Origin: Candidatus Latescibacterota bacterium | GTDB lineage: Bacteria; Latescibacterota; UBA2968; UBA8231 | Assembly (NCBI GenBank): GCA_965197905.1 | Contig: CBDAOB010000004.1 | Location: 1,280,001 to 1,344,000, forward strand | DNA length: 64,000 nt | Direction of reading: 5' to 3' | Shown: positions 51,059-61,779 of the stretch, in pieces | Numbering within the stretch: position 1 is the first letter of the stretch | Layout: every line of letters begins with the position of its first letter | Program-made: the position numbers and the translations under genes | The notes under the pieces: generated by a model | Told to the model about the DNA's origin: nothing | Databases searched by the model: none | What the model saw: the letters and a program-made list of their open reading frames with translations, nothing else

Positions 51059-52933
51059 CTACGTCCCGCTTCCGCCGCTGTATCTTCTGATCAGTGACCC
51101 CTGATCCACCTTGAGAAGGACCGAAGTCTCGTCGGCGTAGACTTCCAAGGCGGCATCCCGGAGCGAGTTTCTGACTCTGTCCAGGGTCGGACCTTGGCGT
51201 TCGACGAGCACATAGTCGAGGCGGAATCTGTTAAGTCCATCTACCAACAGAGATTTTGCGCGTTCACGCACTCCTTCGATCGAGATGATGTCATTAGTGG
51301 AGACCGATTCGGGAAGAAGCCCCGTCCCCACGAGTTGATAAAAGACGATTCGGAACCGGGCACCGTGTGGATCCTCTTGGAATCGGCTTCCCAGACGGTT
51401 GAGGTAGGATTTCTGCTCGGAATGCAAAACCAGATAATCCATACGGGTCCAATGAATCGGCAGAGTCATCACAACATCCCAAGCTCGGGCGTTGGCGCGC
51501 AGCCACCGATACGCCCCATCGAAGGGAAAATCCTCATTCTGCGGACGCATCTGCGAGGGCCGGGCTGCATAGCCAACCATTGCCAGCGCGAACAAACCGA
51601 TCGCGCCTGATCGGAGAATGGTGGATCGATCCAGTTCGAGTTTCGTTAGAAGCCAGGTCACTAGGACCAGCAGCGGCAGCAGACCCGATATCAAGACGGA
51701 ATTGTCCAGGTTGGCATAGGTCGAAACAATTCGGGGGAGATAACGAAACCAATTGAGATCTGGGTTTAGAATGAAGGTCAACCCGACCGCTAGCACGCCG
51801 ACCAGCAGGACAGTCCGCGCGCGTCCGTTGAGCCGCTCTTGCAACCTCGGAACCACGATCGAGAACCAACCCGCGAAGGCCAAGAGCTGAATGACAAGAT
51901 AGTAGTACCGGTGTGTAGAGAGTTGATGATCATTCGCAAAAACAACACGGATGTTGGCCAGAACTGGTTCGATCGTGACAAGGCCTAACACTGCGCGTTC
52001 GACAGGGCCCAGCCGACGATTCGTCAGACGGCTGACACCGAAAACGATCACCCAGATAAGAGCGCAGCAAACTGTTGACGGCCAACTGATCGATCTCGAG
52101 GCTTTCTCGCCTCCAAGGGTCAGTTCCAACCATCTGTTTTCGGCCAACAGTGAGGACAGGTAGGCCAGATGGCCGCCGGAGAGTACAGCCAGGATTCCGG
52201 CTGCGATGCCGTATCGTATCCAGTGTCGTCGGCCAGCATAGATCAGTTCCCATGCAGCCCGGAAACCCAGCAGCCAAATGCCCAGGATAGCGTAGAACGG
52301 GGAAATGAGGATCGTTGCGGTGGCGACAGCGGCCAACCAAACTCCTCTAGAGCCCGATAGGTGGCCCGGCGCCAATGCGAGACAAGCCCATAGGGCCCCG
52401 AGCCAAAGAGCATCGCCAGGTCGAGGGAAACGGAATAACGTGAACTGTGCGCTGCCCTGTACGAAGAGAGTGAGCACCAGCAACGCAAGACAGACCAACC
52501 CGGCCTCTGCTGGGCGTCCTCGCCAGAACCTCACCGCGCATAACCAGATAATCAGCCAGGTGAGGAATGGCATGCCGATCTTCCACAATGGAAAGAAAGC
52601 AAGGACCGGAATGCCCAACGCATGTGCAAGGTTTCCCATATTGATGATAGTTGGATTTGTTACGTAAGGGTTTCGTTTGCCTCTTTCTTCCGTGAAGAAC
52701 GGGTTACCGTCGCTTCTGGGAACTTGACGAACACCCTTGGCCATCGACCAATACAGGTATTCATCATCATGGCTCATCACATACCGCCAAGAGCCGGACG
52801 CGGCACGTTCCTTCCCGTAAAAGACCAGGAAACCCGCAGTGAACAGGAGGAAAACGAAGGAAACCAGCACCCAATGCGTCTTGAGCAGTCTGGAAATCCT
52901 ATGTTGTTCCACGGGGTCGAATCGGATCTTCAT
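51059..52933 (-). CDS. Polytopic membrane protein (possibly GT-C-like)
   Basis: 624 aa, many TM helices, HDDEYLY acidic motif after the first helix. Confidence 0.65.
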   Translation of the reverse strand: MKIRFDPVEQHRISRLLKTHWVLVSFVFLLFTAGFLVFYGKERAASGSWRYVMSHDDEYLYWSMAKGVRQVPRSDGNPFFTEERGKRNPYVTNPTIINMGNLAHALGIPVLAFFPLWKIGMPFLTWLIIWLCAVRFWRGRPAEAGLVCLALLVLTLFVQGSAQFTLFRFPRPGDALWLGALWACLALAPGHLSGSRGVWLAAVATATILISPFYAILGIWLLGFRAAWELIYAGRRHWIRYGIAAGILAVLSGGHLAYLSSLLAENRWLELTLGGEKASRSISWPSTVCCALIWVIVFGVSRLTNRRLGPVERAVLGLVTIEPVLANIRVVFANDHQLSTHRYYYLVIQLLAFAGWFSIVVPRLQERLNGRARTVLLVGVLAVGLTFILNPDLNWFRYLPRIVSTYANLDNSVLISGLLPLLVLVTWLLTKLELDRSTILRSGAIGLFALAMVGYAARPSQMRPQNEDFPFDGAYRWLRANARAWDVVMTLPIHWTRMDYLVLHSEQKSYLNRLGSRFQEDPHGARFRIVFYQLVGTGLLPESVSTNDIISIEGVRERAKSLLVDGLNRFRLDYVLVERQGPTLDRVRNSLRDAALEVYADETSVLLKVDQGSLIRRYSGGSGT

Positions 52934-53061
52934 GGTATCTGGAGAAATCTCCCCGGCCTATTCGGGTCAAGTTATTCACCCCAGGCTAACAGAGAGAGGG
53001 TTGTCATTGCTAAACAGCTACCGAAGATGGAAGATAGAGGATTGAGGATTGGAAAGAAGGA

Positions 53062-53270
53062 TTACGCTTTCGTGGCTTCGTGCTCGGCGAGAGCCCTTTT
53101 GAGTCTGTCCCTGCTTTCGTCGAGGTAGGTCGCGTATTCGGGAGTCCCGCAGAAGTCGTGGAGCTTCGCCCGTCTCCGGTAGGGCACGTAGTTCCCGATG
53201 TGCCAGGCGCTAGATCGGTACAGAGCGAAATCACCCGGGTTCAACCGTAGCTGAACGGCTCCCGGATGCC
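53062..53270 (-). pseudogene. C-terminal fragment of a PhyH-like dioxygenase
   Basis: GAVQLRLNPGDFALYRSSAWHIGNY...RAKLH. Confidence 0.55.
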
Positions 53271-53399
53271 GCGCACATGGCTCGTCGGTAGAGGGAGATT
53301 CCGCCCAATCTTCATCGAACTGCTCTCCAAAATCACTTTCAGCTTGTCGACAAAAAAGCTATGTTGAGATCAACAGGAGGTAGAGGATGATAAACATAG

Positions 53400-54377
53400 G
53401 TGTATCACCCCTACGGCGATGATCACTCACGCAACATCCAGTTTTGTGGCGATGCCGACGTCCGTTTCATCATCCACAGCACCGACCTTGTTGCCGGCTC
53501 CGGAAAGATCCCTTCGGCAAACCAGTTGAAACAGCTCGTTGCGGATTATGCCGACAGTGGGGTTTGTGTGGAAGCACTTACGCCACCTCGGTTGTCGAAC
53601 CTCGCGTTCACCGACGACGCGGCGCGCGAACGGGAGCTGGACCAGTTCTGTCGCCTTTTTGACGCGATGGGCGAAGCGGGAATTCCATTGGTCCATTTCT
53701 ATCTGAATGTGACAGAGCCGATCCCCGAGGAATCTGCCGCGCGTCAGGAGGCGTGGAGCGGTATGGTGGAGGTGTATCGCGAACTCGTCCGCTCTGCGGA
53801 GAGCGCCAACGTGCGCATCTCCACGCACCACTATCACCGGCCGGATCGACTCTTGTGGAACTACAAAACGATGTCCACACTGCTGGGCGGGTTAGCCAGC
53901 CCCTGCGCCGGCGTCACCTTTTGCCAGGGAAAATCGCAAATGGCCGGCGACGATCTGGCAGCAGACATCATCAAATACGGCGACGATATATTCCTCTTCC
54001 ACTTCCGCGACATCGTCACACGACGGCTTGAACAGATGAACGACGCCATGGAACAGCGTTTCGCGGATACGGGCTATATCGAAGTGCCGTTTGGCGCAGG
54101 GGAAGTGGATATGGTGGGTTCCATGCGAGCGCTCAAACAGATCGGCTACAGAGGTACGGTCTACCCGGAGCATTACCCGGAGATCGCAGGGGATGCAGCC
54201 GCTGGTCTGGCATGGACGATTGGATACATGCGCGCGTTGGACGACGCGATACAGACACAGTGGCAGGCCGTTACCGCCCGTTATCGGTTGGCAGCGTCCG
54301 CCTTGACCATGCGTGCATCTTCGGCGAGCCCGACGGCAGACTCACGCCTTCGAGGTAAACTGCGGAGCTCAGCGTGA
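53400..54377 (+). CDS. Sugar isomerase/mannonate dehydratase-like TIM barrel
   Basis: FHFRD, FGAGEVDM, YPEHYP, WTIGYMRAL; the RBS-preceded ATG at 53387 is out of frame, so a 5' frameshift is possible. Confidence 0.78.
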   Translation: MYHPYGDDHSRNIQFCGDADVRFIIHSTDLVAGSGKIPSANQLKQLVADYADSGVCVEALTPPRLSNLAFTDDAARERELDQFCRLFDAMGEAGIPLVHFYLNVTEPIPEESAARQEAWSGMVEVYRELVRSAESANVRISTHHYHRPDRLLWNYKTMSTLLGGLASPCAGVTFCQGKSQMAGDDLAADIIKYGDDIFLFHFRDIVTRRLEQMNDAMEQRFADTGYIEVPFGAGEVDMVGSMRALKQIGYRGTVYPEHYPEIAGDAAAGLAWTIGYMRALDDAIQTQWQAVTARYRLAASALTMRASSASPTADSRLRGKLRSSA

Positions 54378-54392
54378 CGCCGGTAGGCCTAC

Positions 54393-54767
54393 CTACCAGA
54401 CTCCTTCCACAAACACTGCTTCATCCTCACCCGGCCATGGCGGTATGGTGACAGCCACAGCAGAAAGTCCCTCGTCGCCTGCGCGAAATTGAAAATGCGT
54501 TCCTACGGGAATCGTGAGGCTGGTTCCGACTAACAATTCTACGATCTCCTCGTTCTCACCACACCTCCGCCACATTTGACCCGATCCGGCCACACAATAC
54601 CAAACCTCGTCGACTGTTCGGTGCGTGATCGCTTTCGATACGACGTCCGGCCCGAGCTCGAAATGCGCCATGCTTCCGCGTTCTGTGCCGACCAGTATGC
54701 GCACATCGCTGCCGTCCGGCGCCTGAACATCCGGTCCATAGGGTAGTTGCTTCGTCTCGAAACTCAA
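54393..54767 (-). CDS. Cupin domain protein
   Basis: APDGSDVR, HRTVDEVWY, IPVGTHFQFR, TIPPWPG. Confidence 0.85.
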   Translation of the reverse strand: MSFETKQLPYGPDVQAPDGSDVRILVGTERGSMAHFELGPDVVSKAITHRTVDEVWYCVAGSGQMWRRCGENEEIVELLVGTSLTIPVGTHFQFRAGDEGLSAVAVTIPPWPGEDEAVFVEGVW

Positions 54768-54824
54768 CCTGGCTCCTCTCAACTCCTGGCCCGCCGACTC
54801 GCCTGATGCTTCTTCAGCTGTAGC

Positions 54825-56048
54825 TCAGCCATTCACCTGACCGGCCACGAAAGGTGTGCGCGGAAATTCCATGAGTTTTTCCGTCCCTTTTGCGCTGACG
54901 TGGCACACATCCCCCAGCGGCACGAACATCTTGCCCGACTCGGGCAGCTCGTAGGAGGCGTGGACCACGAAGGTCATGCCCGGCTCGATCGGGGTTGCGG
55001 TCGTTTCGGCTAAAGCCGGCAGCTCGGCGTAGTCCATGCCCATGCCGTGGCCGTAGCGGCCGCCCTGGATCCCCAGGCCCCGCGGCTCGGCATGGGCGCG
55101 AATGGCCCGGCCAATGGCGCCGATGGGCACGCCGGTTTTGATCTCGGCTAGCCCGGTGTCCTGGGCTTCCCGGGCCAGGGTGCACAACTGGTCCAGCTCG
55201 CGGGAAGGCCGGACCAGCGTGCCGGTGCGGTGGCCGTGGCACCAATAGCCCTTGTAGAGCACGTAGGAGCACGAGGCCATCAGATCACCCTCCTGCAGCA
55301 CGCGCTCGTGGGGCTTGAGGTCCAGCCGGGTGCTTGCCCAGTCGGGCGGCGGGCCCGAGGCCATCCAGTATTTGGCGTGGTCGGCGGCCTGGAGGCGGAC
55401 GGCGCGCTCTATTTCGGCGACAAGCTCGATGCCCTGCATGCCGGGGCGGGCGACCTCGAGCATGGTTTGGAAGCCCAGATCGCTCAAGCGCGCCGCCTGC
55501 CGCATGAGGGCGACCTCGGCAGGGCTTTTGATCGCGCGCAGTTGGGCGACGATATCGGGGATGCGCGCGAAATGGGAGCCCAGTTCGCGGGCGAGGGTTT
55601 CGTAGAAGGGCGCCGACATATGGTCGATCCCAACCACACCGACCCCTTTGCCGTCGAGGCCGTTGTCGCCCAAGTGGGCCCGGGTCTGGCCAGCGAAGGT
55701 GCGGGGGGCGCGGTCCTCGCCGATGGCAGCCACCGCGTGGGGATCCACCGCCTCAACCAGGCGCAGATCGCGGATGCAGGAGACCTCGGCGATCTGCTCC
55801 AGCATATAGGGCATGCCAGCCAATAACAAGGCTGGCTCGCCCCTAGCGGGGACGACTACCGCCGAGTCGACGATGCGGTCGTGATTGTCCCAGCCAGAGA
55901 GGTAGGACACGTGCCCGGTTTGGCCCCACTTGTGCTCTTTGGGCGGCGAGTAGGCCAGAAGGCCGCCCAGGTCCTGCTCCTGGAGGAAGGCCTGCACCCG
56001 GGTCCAGCGTTGTGCGAATTCCGCGGGACTGCATCTTTCGACGGCCAT
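54825..56048 (-). CDS. M24 (Xaa-Pro peptidase/creatinase) family protein
   Basis: LRAIKSPAEVALMR, YGHGMG, IEPGMTFVVH; several metal ligands look substituted. Confidence 0.82.
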   Translation of the reverse strand: MAVERCSPAEFAQRWTRVQAFLQEQDLGGLLAYSPPKEHKWGQTGHVSYLSGWDNHDRIVDSAVVVPARGEPALLLAGMPYMLEQIAEVSCIRDLRLVEAVDPHAVAAIGEDRAPRTFAGQTRAHLGDNGLDGKGVGVVGIDHMSAPFYETLARELGSHFARIPDIVAQLRAIKSPAEVALMRQAARLSDLGFQTMLEVARPGMQGIELVAEIERAVRLQAADHAKYWMASGPPPDWASTRLDLKPHERVLQEGDLMASCSYVLYKGYWCHGHRTGTLVRPSRELDQLCTLAREAQDTGLAEIKTGVPIGAIGRAIRAHAEPRGLGIQGGRYGHGMGMDYAELPALAETTATPIEPGMTFVVHASYELPESGKMFVPLGDVCHVSAKGTEKLMEFPRTPFVAGQVNG

Positions 56049-56194
56049 GATCACCTCCGTCCCCTGTCTGTTGGCACTGCGTTTCGTAGTCCTTAGGTAG
56101 GTATTGGAAAGGTCTGGGAGCACTACACGCGGCGGATGGACATTTTAGCGACAATCGCGGAACAAAGTGACCTACCAAAGGCCGGCTTCAGACA

Positions 56195-56670
56195 CTAGTT
56201 CGTGGTGATCCGAGCAGGTTCCACGTCGAGGACGGCCTTCGAATCTATGTAGTGAGCGATCGGTGTGCAGAATCCGTAGGATAGCGCCATGCCCCAGAAC
56301 GTTCCGAGAAGCGACAGGGCGTTTCCCCGAAGGACATCTGCGTTGGAAAAAGTTGTCGAATCTGCGATTGCCCCCATCACTACCGATCCCAGAATATCAA
56401 TGAGTATTCCGACGCCAATGGATGCCGAGGCCGCCCTTCTCCAGACCTCGGCTGCAAACGACCGCTCCTCTTCGGTCAGCCCTCGGCTGCGTCGCCCCGA
56501 GCTCGTCCATCTTGTAAGCTTGGAAGCTAGTGTCCGGATGTCCACGCTGCAACGGTGACGAATTCACAATGGGGAACGCCTGGCTGCCAATGGCCGCAGT
56601 GAGAACCGGATGCTGCATGTCGTAGAAGTGAACGTGAGCATCGACGAACTCTAGGTTCTCCACAGAGTAC
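56195..56670 (-). pseudogene. Amidohydrolase N-terminal fragment abutting a membrane-protein fragment
   Basis: EFVDAHVHFYD (HxH motif) followed by frameshifts; hydrophobic ORF at 56195-56545. Confidence 0.45.
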
Positions 56671-56788
56671 TCCTTCTTGGGTGCTGACGCGTTTTTCGCT
56701 TGACCGTCCTGGCGAAATGCCCAGGTTTTCAAACCTGGACTCCTTTGCACGAGCCGTCGTCATGATGAAAATCGTATGAGAGGTCGAT

Positions 56789-59700
56789 ATGAGTCGACGT
56801 GATCTTTATTGGATCGTTCTGCTTGCGGTTCTCGGGCTCACGGGATTGGGTACCTACCTCCACTACTACGATGTCGCCTTTCCGATTGCCTCTCTCGATT
56901 TCAAATTGAGCCGCGACGAAGCGCTCGCGAAGGCGCAGGATTACGTGGAAAGGATAGGCCACCGGACAGACGAGTACATGAAGGTTCAGGCCTTCTCCCA
57001 TGACCGCGAAGGTCAGATTTTCCTAGAGCAGACCCTGGAACTGGAAGAGACCAACCGGCTGGCGCGGGAGTGGGTGTCCGTCTGGTTCTGGAAGGTGCGG
57101 TGGTTCAAGCCGCTCGAAAAAGAGGAGCTTCGAGTCCATCTGGATCCAGGTGGTCGCATCGTCAACTTCCAACATCTGATCCTCGAGTCAGCGGAGGGGG
57201 CGAAGCTGGTTCAGGACGATGCCCTGCCGATAGCCGATCGATTCCTTCTGGCAACGCAGGGGTTCGTTTTGAGCGACTACGAGCTGATCGAGCGTTCCAG
57301 TGAGGCGCGTCAGGCTCGGACCGACCACACTTTTACCTACAGAAGGAAGGGGTTTGAGGTGGGGGAGGACGGGCACTATCGAGTGGAGGTCGTGGTCCAG
57401 GGGGATCGGGTCGGTTCGTTCAAGGAATACATAAAGGTGCCTGAGACCTTCAGCCGGCACTACAAAGAGGTTCGTTCCAGAGCGAGCTTACTAACAAACG
57501 TGGCCGGCGTCTTCTGGTTCGTTCTGGGGGCCATGATGCTGGTGGTGCTGGTGCAAAAACACCGACAAAACGCCCTTCACTGGAAGACTGGCCTAATCGT
57601 GGGTGGCGTAGTGTTGGTCGCAACTGCCATCGGACAGGTGAATTCTCTGCCTCTGGTCCGCTTCGGCTACGATACGACCCAGTCCTATAACTCCTTCATC
57701 GTAATGTTCCTCGGTTTCGGGCTTATCGGCGCTGCCTACTCGGGTGGGATCATCTGTCTCGCGGGTACGTCGGCGGGGGCGCTGGGCCGCGAGGTCCTGT
57801 TCGCCGGCCGGCGCAGTCCGTTTGGACACCTGGTCCTGAAACGGATGTTCTCAGGCGGCTTTATGCGCTCGATCTTCGTAGGATACGGCCTCGCGTTCAC
57901 GCAGCTGGGTTTCCTGACCCTGTTCTACATCGTGGGGTCGCGTTATTTCGGCGTCTGGTCCCCGGCCGCTGTGATCGACTACGACAACACCTTCAGCACC
58001 GTCCTCCCCTGGATCTATCCACTTCTGGTCGGCCTGGTGGCCGCCACCATGGAGGAGTTCTTCTTCCGGCTGCTGGCGATATCGCTGTTGCTAAAGTGGC
58101 TGGGAAAGCGGTGGCTCGCCGTCCTGTTCCCGGCGGTGGTCTGGGGGTTTCTACATTCGAACTATCCCATAGAGCCGATCTACACCCGAGGTGTCGAGCT
58201 CACCTTGGTGGGCGTGCTCCTGGGCGTGGTTTTTCTGCGCTTCGGGATTTGGTCGACGATCATCTCCCACTATGTCTATAACGCCTTCGTGGTCGCATTT
58301 CCGATGCTGAAATCGTCCAGCCTCTATTTCCAGGTCTCGGGCGCCGTCGTGGTCGGCGTGTTGCTTCTACTCGCCGTTCCGGCGCTGTTCGGGCTCGTCA
58401 CCGGACGGTATCGGCAGGTCGAGGAGGAGGAAGAAGAGCAGGTTGCCCAAGAGGTTCAGGATAAACCAACACCGTTCGTTGCGGCTGAAACAACAGGGCC
58501 GCACGCGGATAAAACCGTCGATGCCTACCGGCTCGTCCGGAATAAACGGCTGCTCGGAGGACTGTTTGCACTGGTTGGGGTCGGTCTCCTGGCTGGGTTA
58601 CCGGTCGTGCAATTCGGGGAGCGAACCCTAGATCTCTCCGTAACCCGCCAGGAAGCGGTCGAAGCCGCGGCGGAATTCTGCCGGGACCTGGGGCTTGACC
58701 TGGCAAGGTACCGCCGATCCTCCTGGTTCGAGAGCAGTCTGGAGTCGGATCAGTATGTCCATCTGGTTCGCAATGCCGACCTCGCCCATGCCGATACCCT
58801 AGCTTCGGAGGAAACAAATCCCTGGCTCTGGCATGTCCGCTGGATCAAAGCGGAGGAAAAGGAGGAGATCGAGGTCGGGATAGATGCGACAGGCCGAGTG
58901 GTGCGGCTTGATCACCAGATTCCAGAGAACCAGGCCGGCCCACAGCTGGATGCCGACGAAGCCAGGAAAAAAGTCGAGAGGTTCGTTGAGGAAAGATTCG
59001 GACACTCGGTGGCGGACGGCTCCAAGTACAAACTGCTGGAGGAGCGCTCGGAGAAGCGAAAGGAACGCGTCGACCACCACTTCGTCTGGGAGCGGATCGA
59101 TCGAAAGGTTGCCGACGGCGAATTTCGCACCATAGCACGCCTGCAAGGTGAAGACGTCGGGCAAGTCGAACGAGAGTACAAGGCTCCAGAAGAGTTTATT
59201 CGAAAACTGCGGCAACAGGACGTAAAGGATGTGATTGTTTTCATACTCATGGCTCTTCTGATTCTGGCGACGCTGGTACTGGGGGGGATCTACTTCTTCC
59301 AAGCTTCCAAGGCTGGCCAGCTCACTTGGCGTCTGCCCATACGGATCGGTGTCTTGTTGGCAGCGCTGCAGTTGGTCGACCGGGTCAATGGGTTGCCAGA
59401 ATTTTTCCGTGACTACGATACCAGTCAGGCGATGTGGACCTTCCTAGGCATGGAAGCCGTCGGCCTGATGGTGGGCGTGGCATTCACCGGGCTTGCCGCC
59501 GCGATAGTGACAGCACTGGCTCTGGCTCTCTTCCGACAGTTGCATTCGCAGGAGATGGAACCCGATCAATGGATTGGGCAGGTGCCCTCCGGTGGCCACC
59601 GACTGTGGCTGGAAACCCTGCTTCTTGTGGCGGCCCTGATCCTTGTAGACATGGGAGCGGACCGCTTGCAGCTTTTCGTGAAGTACCAATGGTTGACTGA

Positions 59701-60187
59701 GTACCTCAGGCCGGAACACCTGTCGCCCCCTTATCTGAACGGCTATCTGCCGCTATTGGAAGGGGTTAGTGGCGCGCTGAGTGGCGTCCTCGCCCTCTTC
59801 CCGCTCCTGGGAATCTTCTTGATCTGGCAGCGCGCGCTCGTCCGAAGCTGGGTGCTGATCCTCGGGATGGCCGTGGTTTTGGTAATGTTGGCGGTGGTCC
59901 CGGCCGACGATCTATACCACTTCGGTCTTCTGGCCGGGTTGGGACTGATTGAGCTGGCGGCCATGCTCTTCCTAATCGTGCGGCTGGTGCGCTTCAACCT
60001 TTTGGTCTATGCGATATTTCTGTGGGCGGGGCATCTTATTGGCGAGGGCTGGACCTTGACGCAGACGGCGGATCTATTTTATCAGCTCAATGGCGTGGCG
60101 TTGCTGGCGTTTGGCCTGGCGCCGTTGGTCATGCCACTGTTCGCCTATTTCAGAGAAGGACAAGAGGGCGTCAGTTCTCCACCGTGA
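56789..60187 (+). CDS. Large internally duplicated membrane protein with a CPBP (Abi/CAAX) intramembrane protease domain
   Basis: EEFFFR, FLH, SHYVYN motifs; two similar modules (W.VRW.K..EKEE..V..D..GR.V...H; Y.L.E...E....R.DH.F). Confidence 0.85.
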   Translation: MSRRDLYWIVLLAVLGLTGLGTYLHYYDVAFPIASLDFKLSRDEALAKAQDYVERIGHRTDEYMKVQAFSHDREGQIFLEQTLELEETNRLAREWVSVWFWKVRWFKPLEKEELRVHLDPGGRIVNFQHLILESAEGAKLVQDDALPIADRFLLATQGFVLSDYELIERSSEARQARTDHTFTYRRKGFEVGEDGHYRVEVVVQGDRVGSFKEYIKVPETFSRHYKEVRSRASLLTNVAGVFWFVLGAMMLVVLVQKHRQNALHWKTGLIVGGVVLVATAIGQVNSLPLVRFGYDTTQSYNSFIVMFLGFGLIGAAYSGGIICLAGTSAGALGREVLFAGRRSPFGHLVLKRMFSGGFMRSIFVGYGLAFTQLGFLTLFYIVGSRYFGVWSPAAVIDYDNTFSTVLPWIYPLLVGLVAATMEEFFFRLLAISLLLKWLGKRWLAVLFPAVVWGFLHSNYPIEPIYTRGVELTLVGVLLGVVFLRFGIWSTIISHYVYNAFVVAFPMLKSSSLYFQVSGAVVVGVLLLLAVPALFGLVTGRYRQVEEEEEEQVAQEVQDKPTPFVAAETTGPHADKTVDAYRLVRNKRLLGGLFALVGVGLLAGLPVVQFGERTLDLSVTRQEAVEAAAEFCRDLGLDLARYRRSSWFESSLESDQYVHLVRNADLAHADTLASEETNPWLWHVRWIKAEEKEEIEVGIDATGRVVRLDHQIPENQAGPQLDADEARKKVERFVEERFGHSVADGSKYKLLEERSEKRKERVDHHFVWERIDRKVADGEFRTIARLQGEDVGQVEREYKAPEEFIRKLRQQDVKDVIVFILMALLILATLVLGGIYFFQASKAGQLTWRLPIRIGVLLAALQLVDRVNGLPEFFRDYDTSQAMWTFLGMEAVGLMVGVAFTGLAAAIVTALALALFRQLHSQEMEPDQWIGQVPSGGHRLWLETLLLVAALILVDMGADRLQLFVKYQWLTEYLRPEHLSPPYLNGYLPLLEGVSGALSGVLALFPLLGIFLIWQRALVRSWVLILGMAVVLVMLAVVPADDLYHFGLLAGLGLIELAAMLFLIVRLVRFNLLVYAIFLWAGHLIGEGWTLTQTADLFYQLNGVALLAFGLAPLVMPLFAYFREGQEGVSSPP

Positions 60188-60585
60188 CCTTCGCCTTGCG
60201 TGCGGGACGCTCATGGAGATGTCCGCCGGTGCCCGGCAGGGCCATGCCCAGGCGAATCGTCGCCTTCTCCTCTTTGGGGAAGATGTGGTGGAACGTCATG
60301 GCGGGTACATAGATGAAGTCACCGGCCCTGGCGTGAAACGGGATCGTCTTCGCGGCCCTCGATGATCCAGTCGATTTCCCCTTCGAGCACAACCCACCAC
60401 TCGTCGTAGTTGTGACAGTGCCAGTCGTTCTTGTCAAATCCAGGCGGCTGACAGATGACGTTGCCGGCGATGTGGTCTGATACGACGATCCGGCGAGACC
60501 AAGGAGCGGGACCGAGCTCCTGCTTCATCTGTTCGAGGCCGATCTGGTTGAGGGTACTGCTGAGAACCGGATTGTCCAATGGCAT
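60171..60585 (-). pseudogene. Cupin protein with a single frameshift near 60340
   Basis: WHCHNYDEWWVVLEG, then AGDFIYVPAMTFHHI in another frame. Confidence 0.7.
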
Positions 60586-60618
60586 AAGAATCTCCTGCTG
60601 GTGGATACTCGTCCTTCG

Positions 60619-61779
60619 TCAATGCACTTCGGCGATCAACGACTTGAGCTTCTCCTCGTCGTACTCGGCGCCCCACCCCGGCAGGTCGTTGGGCGCGATG
60701 TGACCGTCGACGATGAGGGGGGCGTTCGCCACTCCCCATTGCTCACCCCACTTGCGCAAGCCGTCGCTGCCCTGATGGAAATACTCGTAATAGTCGTTGT
60801 TGTCGATGCAGCAGCCAAGGCGGGCATGGACATGGCCGAAGAGACCGCCGGGCCCGGCGATTTCCACCTGGGTGTCGTGCATCTCAGCGAGGTGGGCGAG
60901 CTTGAGCACGGATGTGACGCCCGCGGCTATGGCGTCGGCACGCACGTAGTCGGTGGCCCCCTGTTTGAGCCACTCGGCGGTGATGCCGACATCGTGCATG
61001 AGGTTCTCCGTGGACATGACGGGCATGTCGAGGGCGTCGCAGAGCTTCTGGTAAGAGCTCATCTTGGCTTCGTACATCGGCTCCTCGAGCCAGATGAAAT
61101 CCAGCTGCTCCATCAGGCGGCCGACCTCGATCGCCTCGCGCAGGTCGTAGGAGCAGACCGGATCGTTGATGAGGTCGTAGTCCGGTCCGACGACTTCGCG
61201 GGTCTTCTCCAGGATCGGCATGTCTGCCTTGCCGCCCTTGTAGGTGTGGAACTTGTAGGCGTTGACGCCGAACTCCTTGCCATGCTCGATGGTGTCGAGG
61301 TAATCCTGCAGGGAGGGGCCTGAACTGGTCAGGTAGACGGGAAAACGGTCGCGCACCTTGCCGATCAGAGCGTGCACGGGAAGGCCGGCCACTTTGCCGG
61401 CGATATCCCAGAGGCAGGTGTCGAGATCGCCGTGCCATCCCTGTTTCTGCCGCAGCCATCGCGTGCCCTTGAACAGCATTTGCCAGATGCGCTCGCGATG
61501 CATCGGGTCTTCGCCGACGACGTGGGCACGCAGTAGTGGAATCTGGGCGGGACCCAGCGTGGATGTGCAACGGCCGGTGATTCCCTCGTCGGTGTGGACT
61601 TCGAGGAAGCTGTGGCGGGGTCTGGTCGGCGGGCCAACCGCTTTCTTCTTGTTGGGGACCGGTCCCGCCGACCACTGAATACGGCGCAGGTTCGGAACCT
61701 GACCCAGCCTCGGCAGGGGAGCAGGCTGCGGCTCTCCGGGCTGTTCGAGAATGAGCAGCTTGATATCGGTGATTTTCAT
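60619..61779 (-). CDS. Mandelate racemase/muconate lactonizing enzyme (enolase superfamily)
   Basis: LWDIAGKVAGLPV, AYKFH, INDP, WLEEP, PGWG. Confidence 0.9.
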   Translation of the reverse strand: MKITDIKLLILEQPGEPQPAPLPRLGQVPNLRRIQWSAGPVPNKKKAVGPPTRPRHSFLEVHTDEGITGRCTSTLGPAQIPLLRAHVVGEDPMHRERIWQMLFKGTRWLRQKQGWHGDLDTCLWDIAGKVAGLPVHALIGKVRDRFPVYLTSSGPSLQDYLDTIEHGKEFGVNAYKFHTYKGGKADMPILEKTREVVGPDYDLINDPVCSYDLREAIEVGRLMEQLDFIWLEEPMYEAKMSSYQKLCDALDMPVMSTENLMHDVGITAEWLKQGATDYVRADAIAAGVTSVLKLAHLAEMHDTQVEIAGPGGLFGHVHARLGCCIDNNDYYEYFHQGSDGLRKWGEQWGVANAPLIVDGHIAPNDLPGWGAEYDEEKLKSLIAEVH

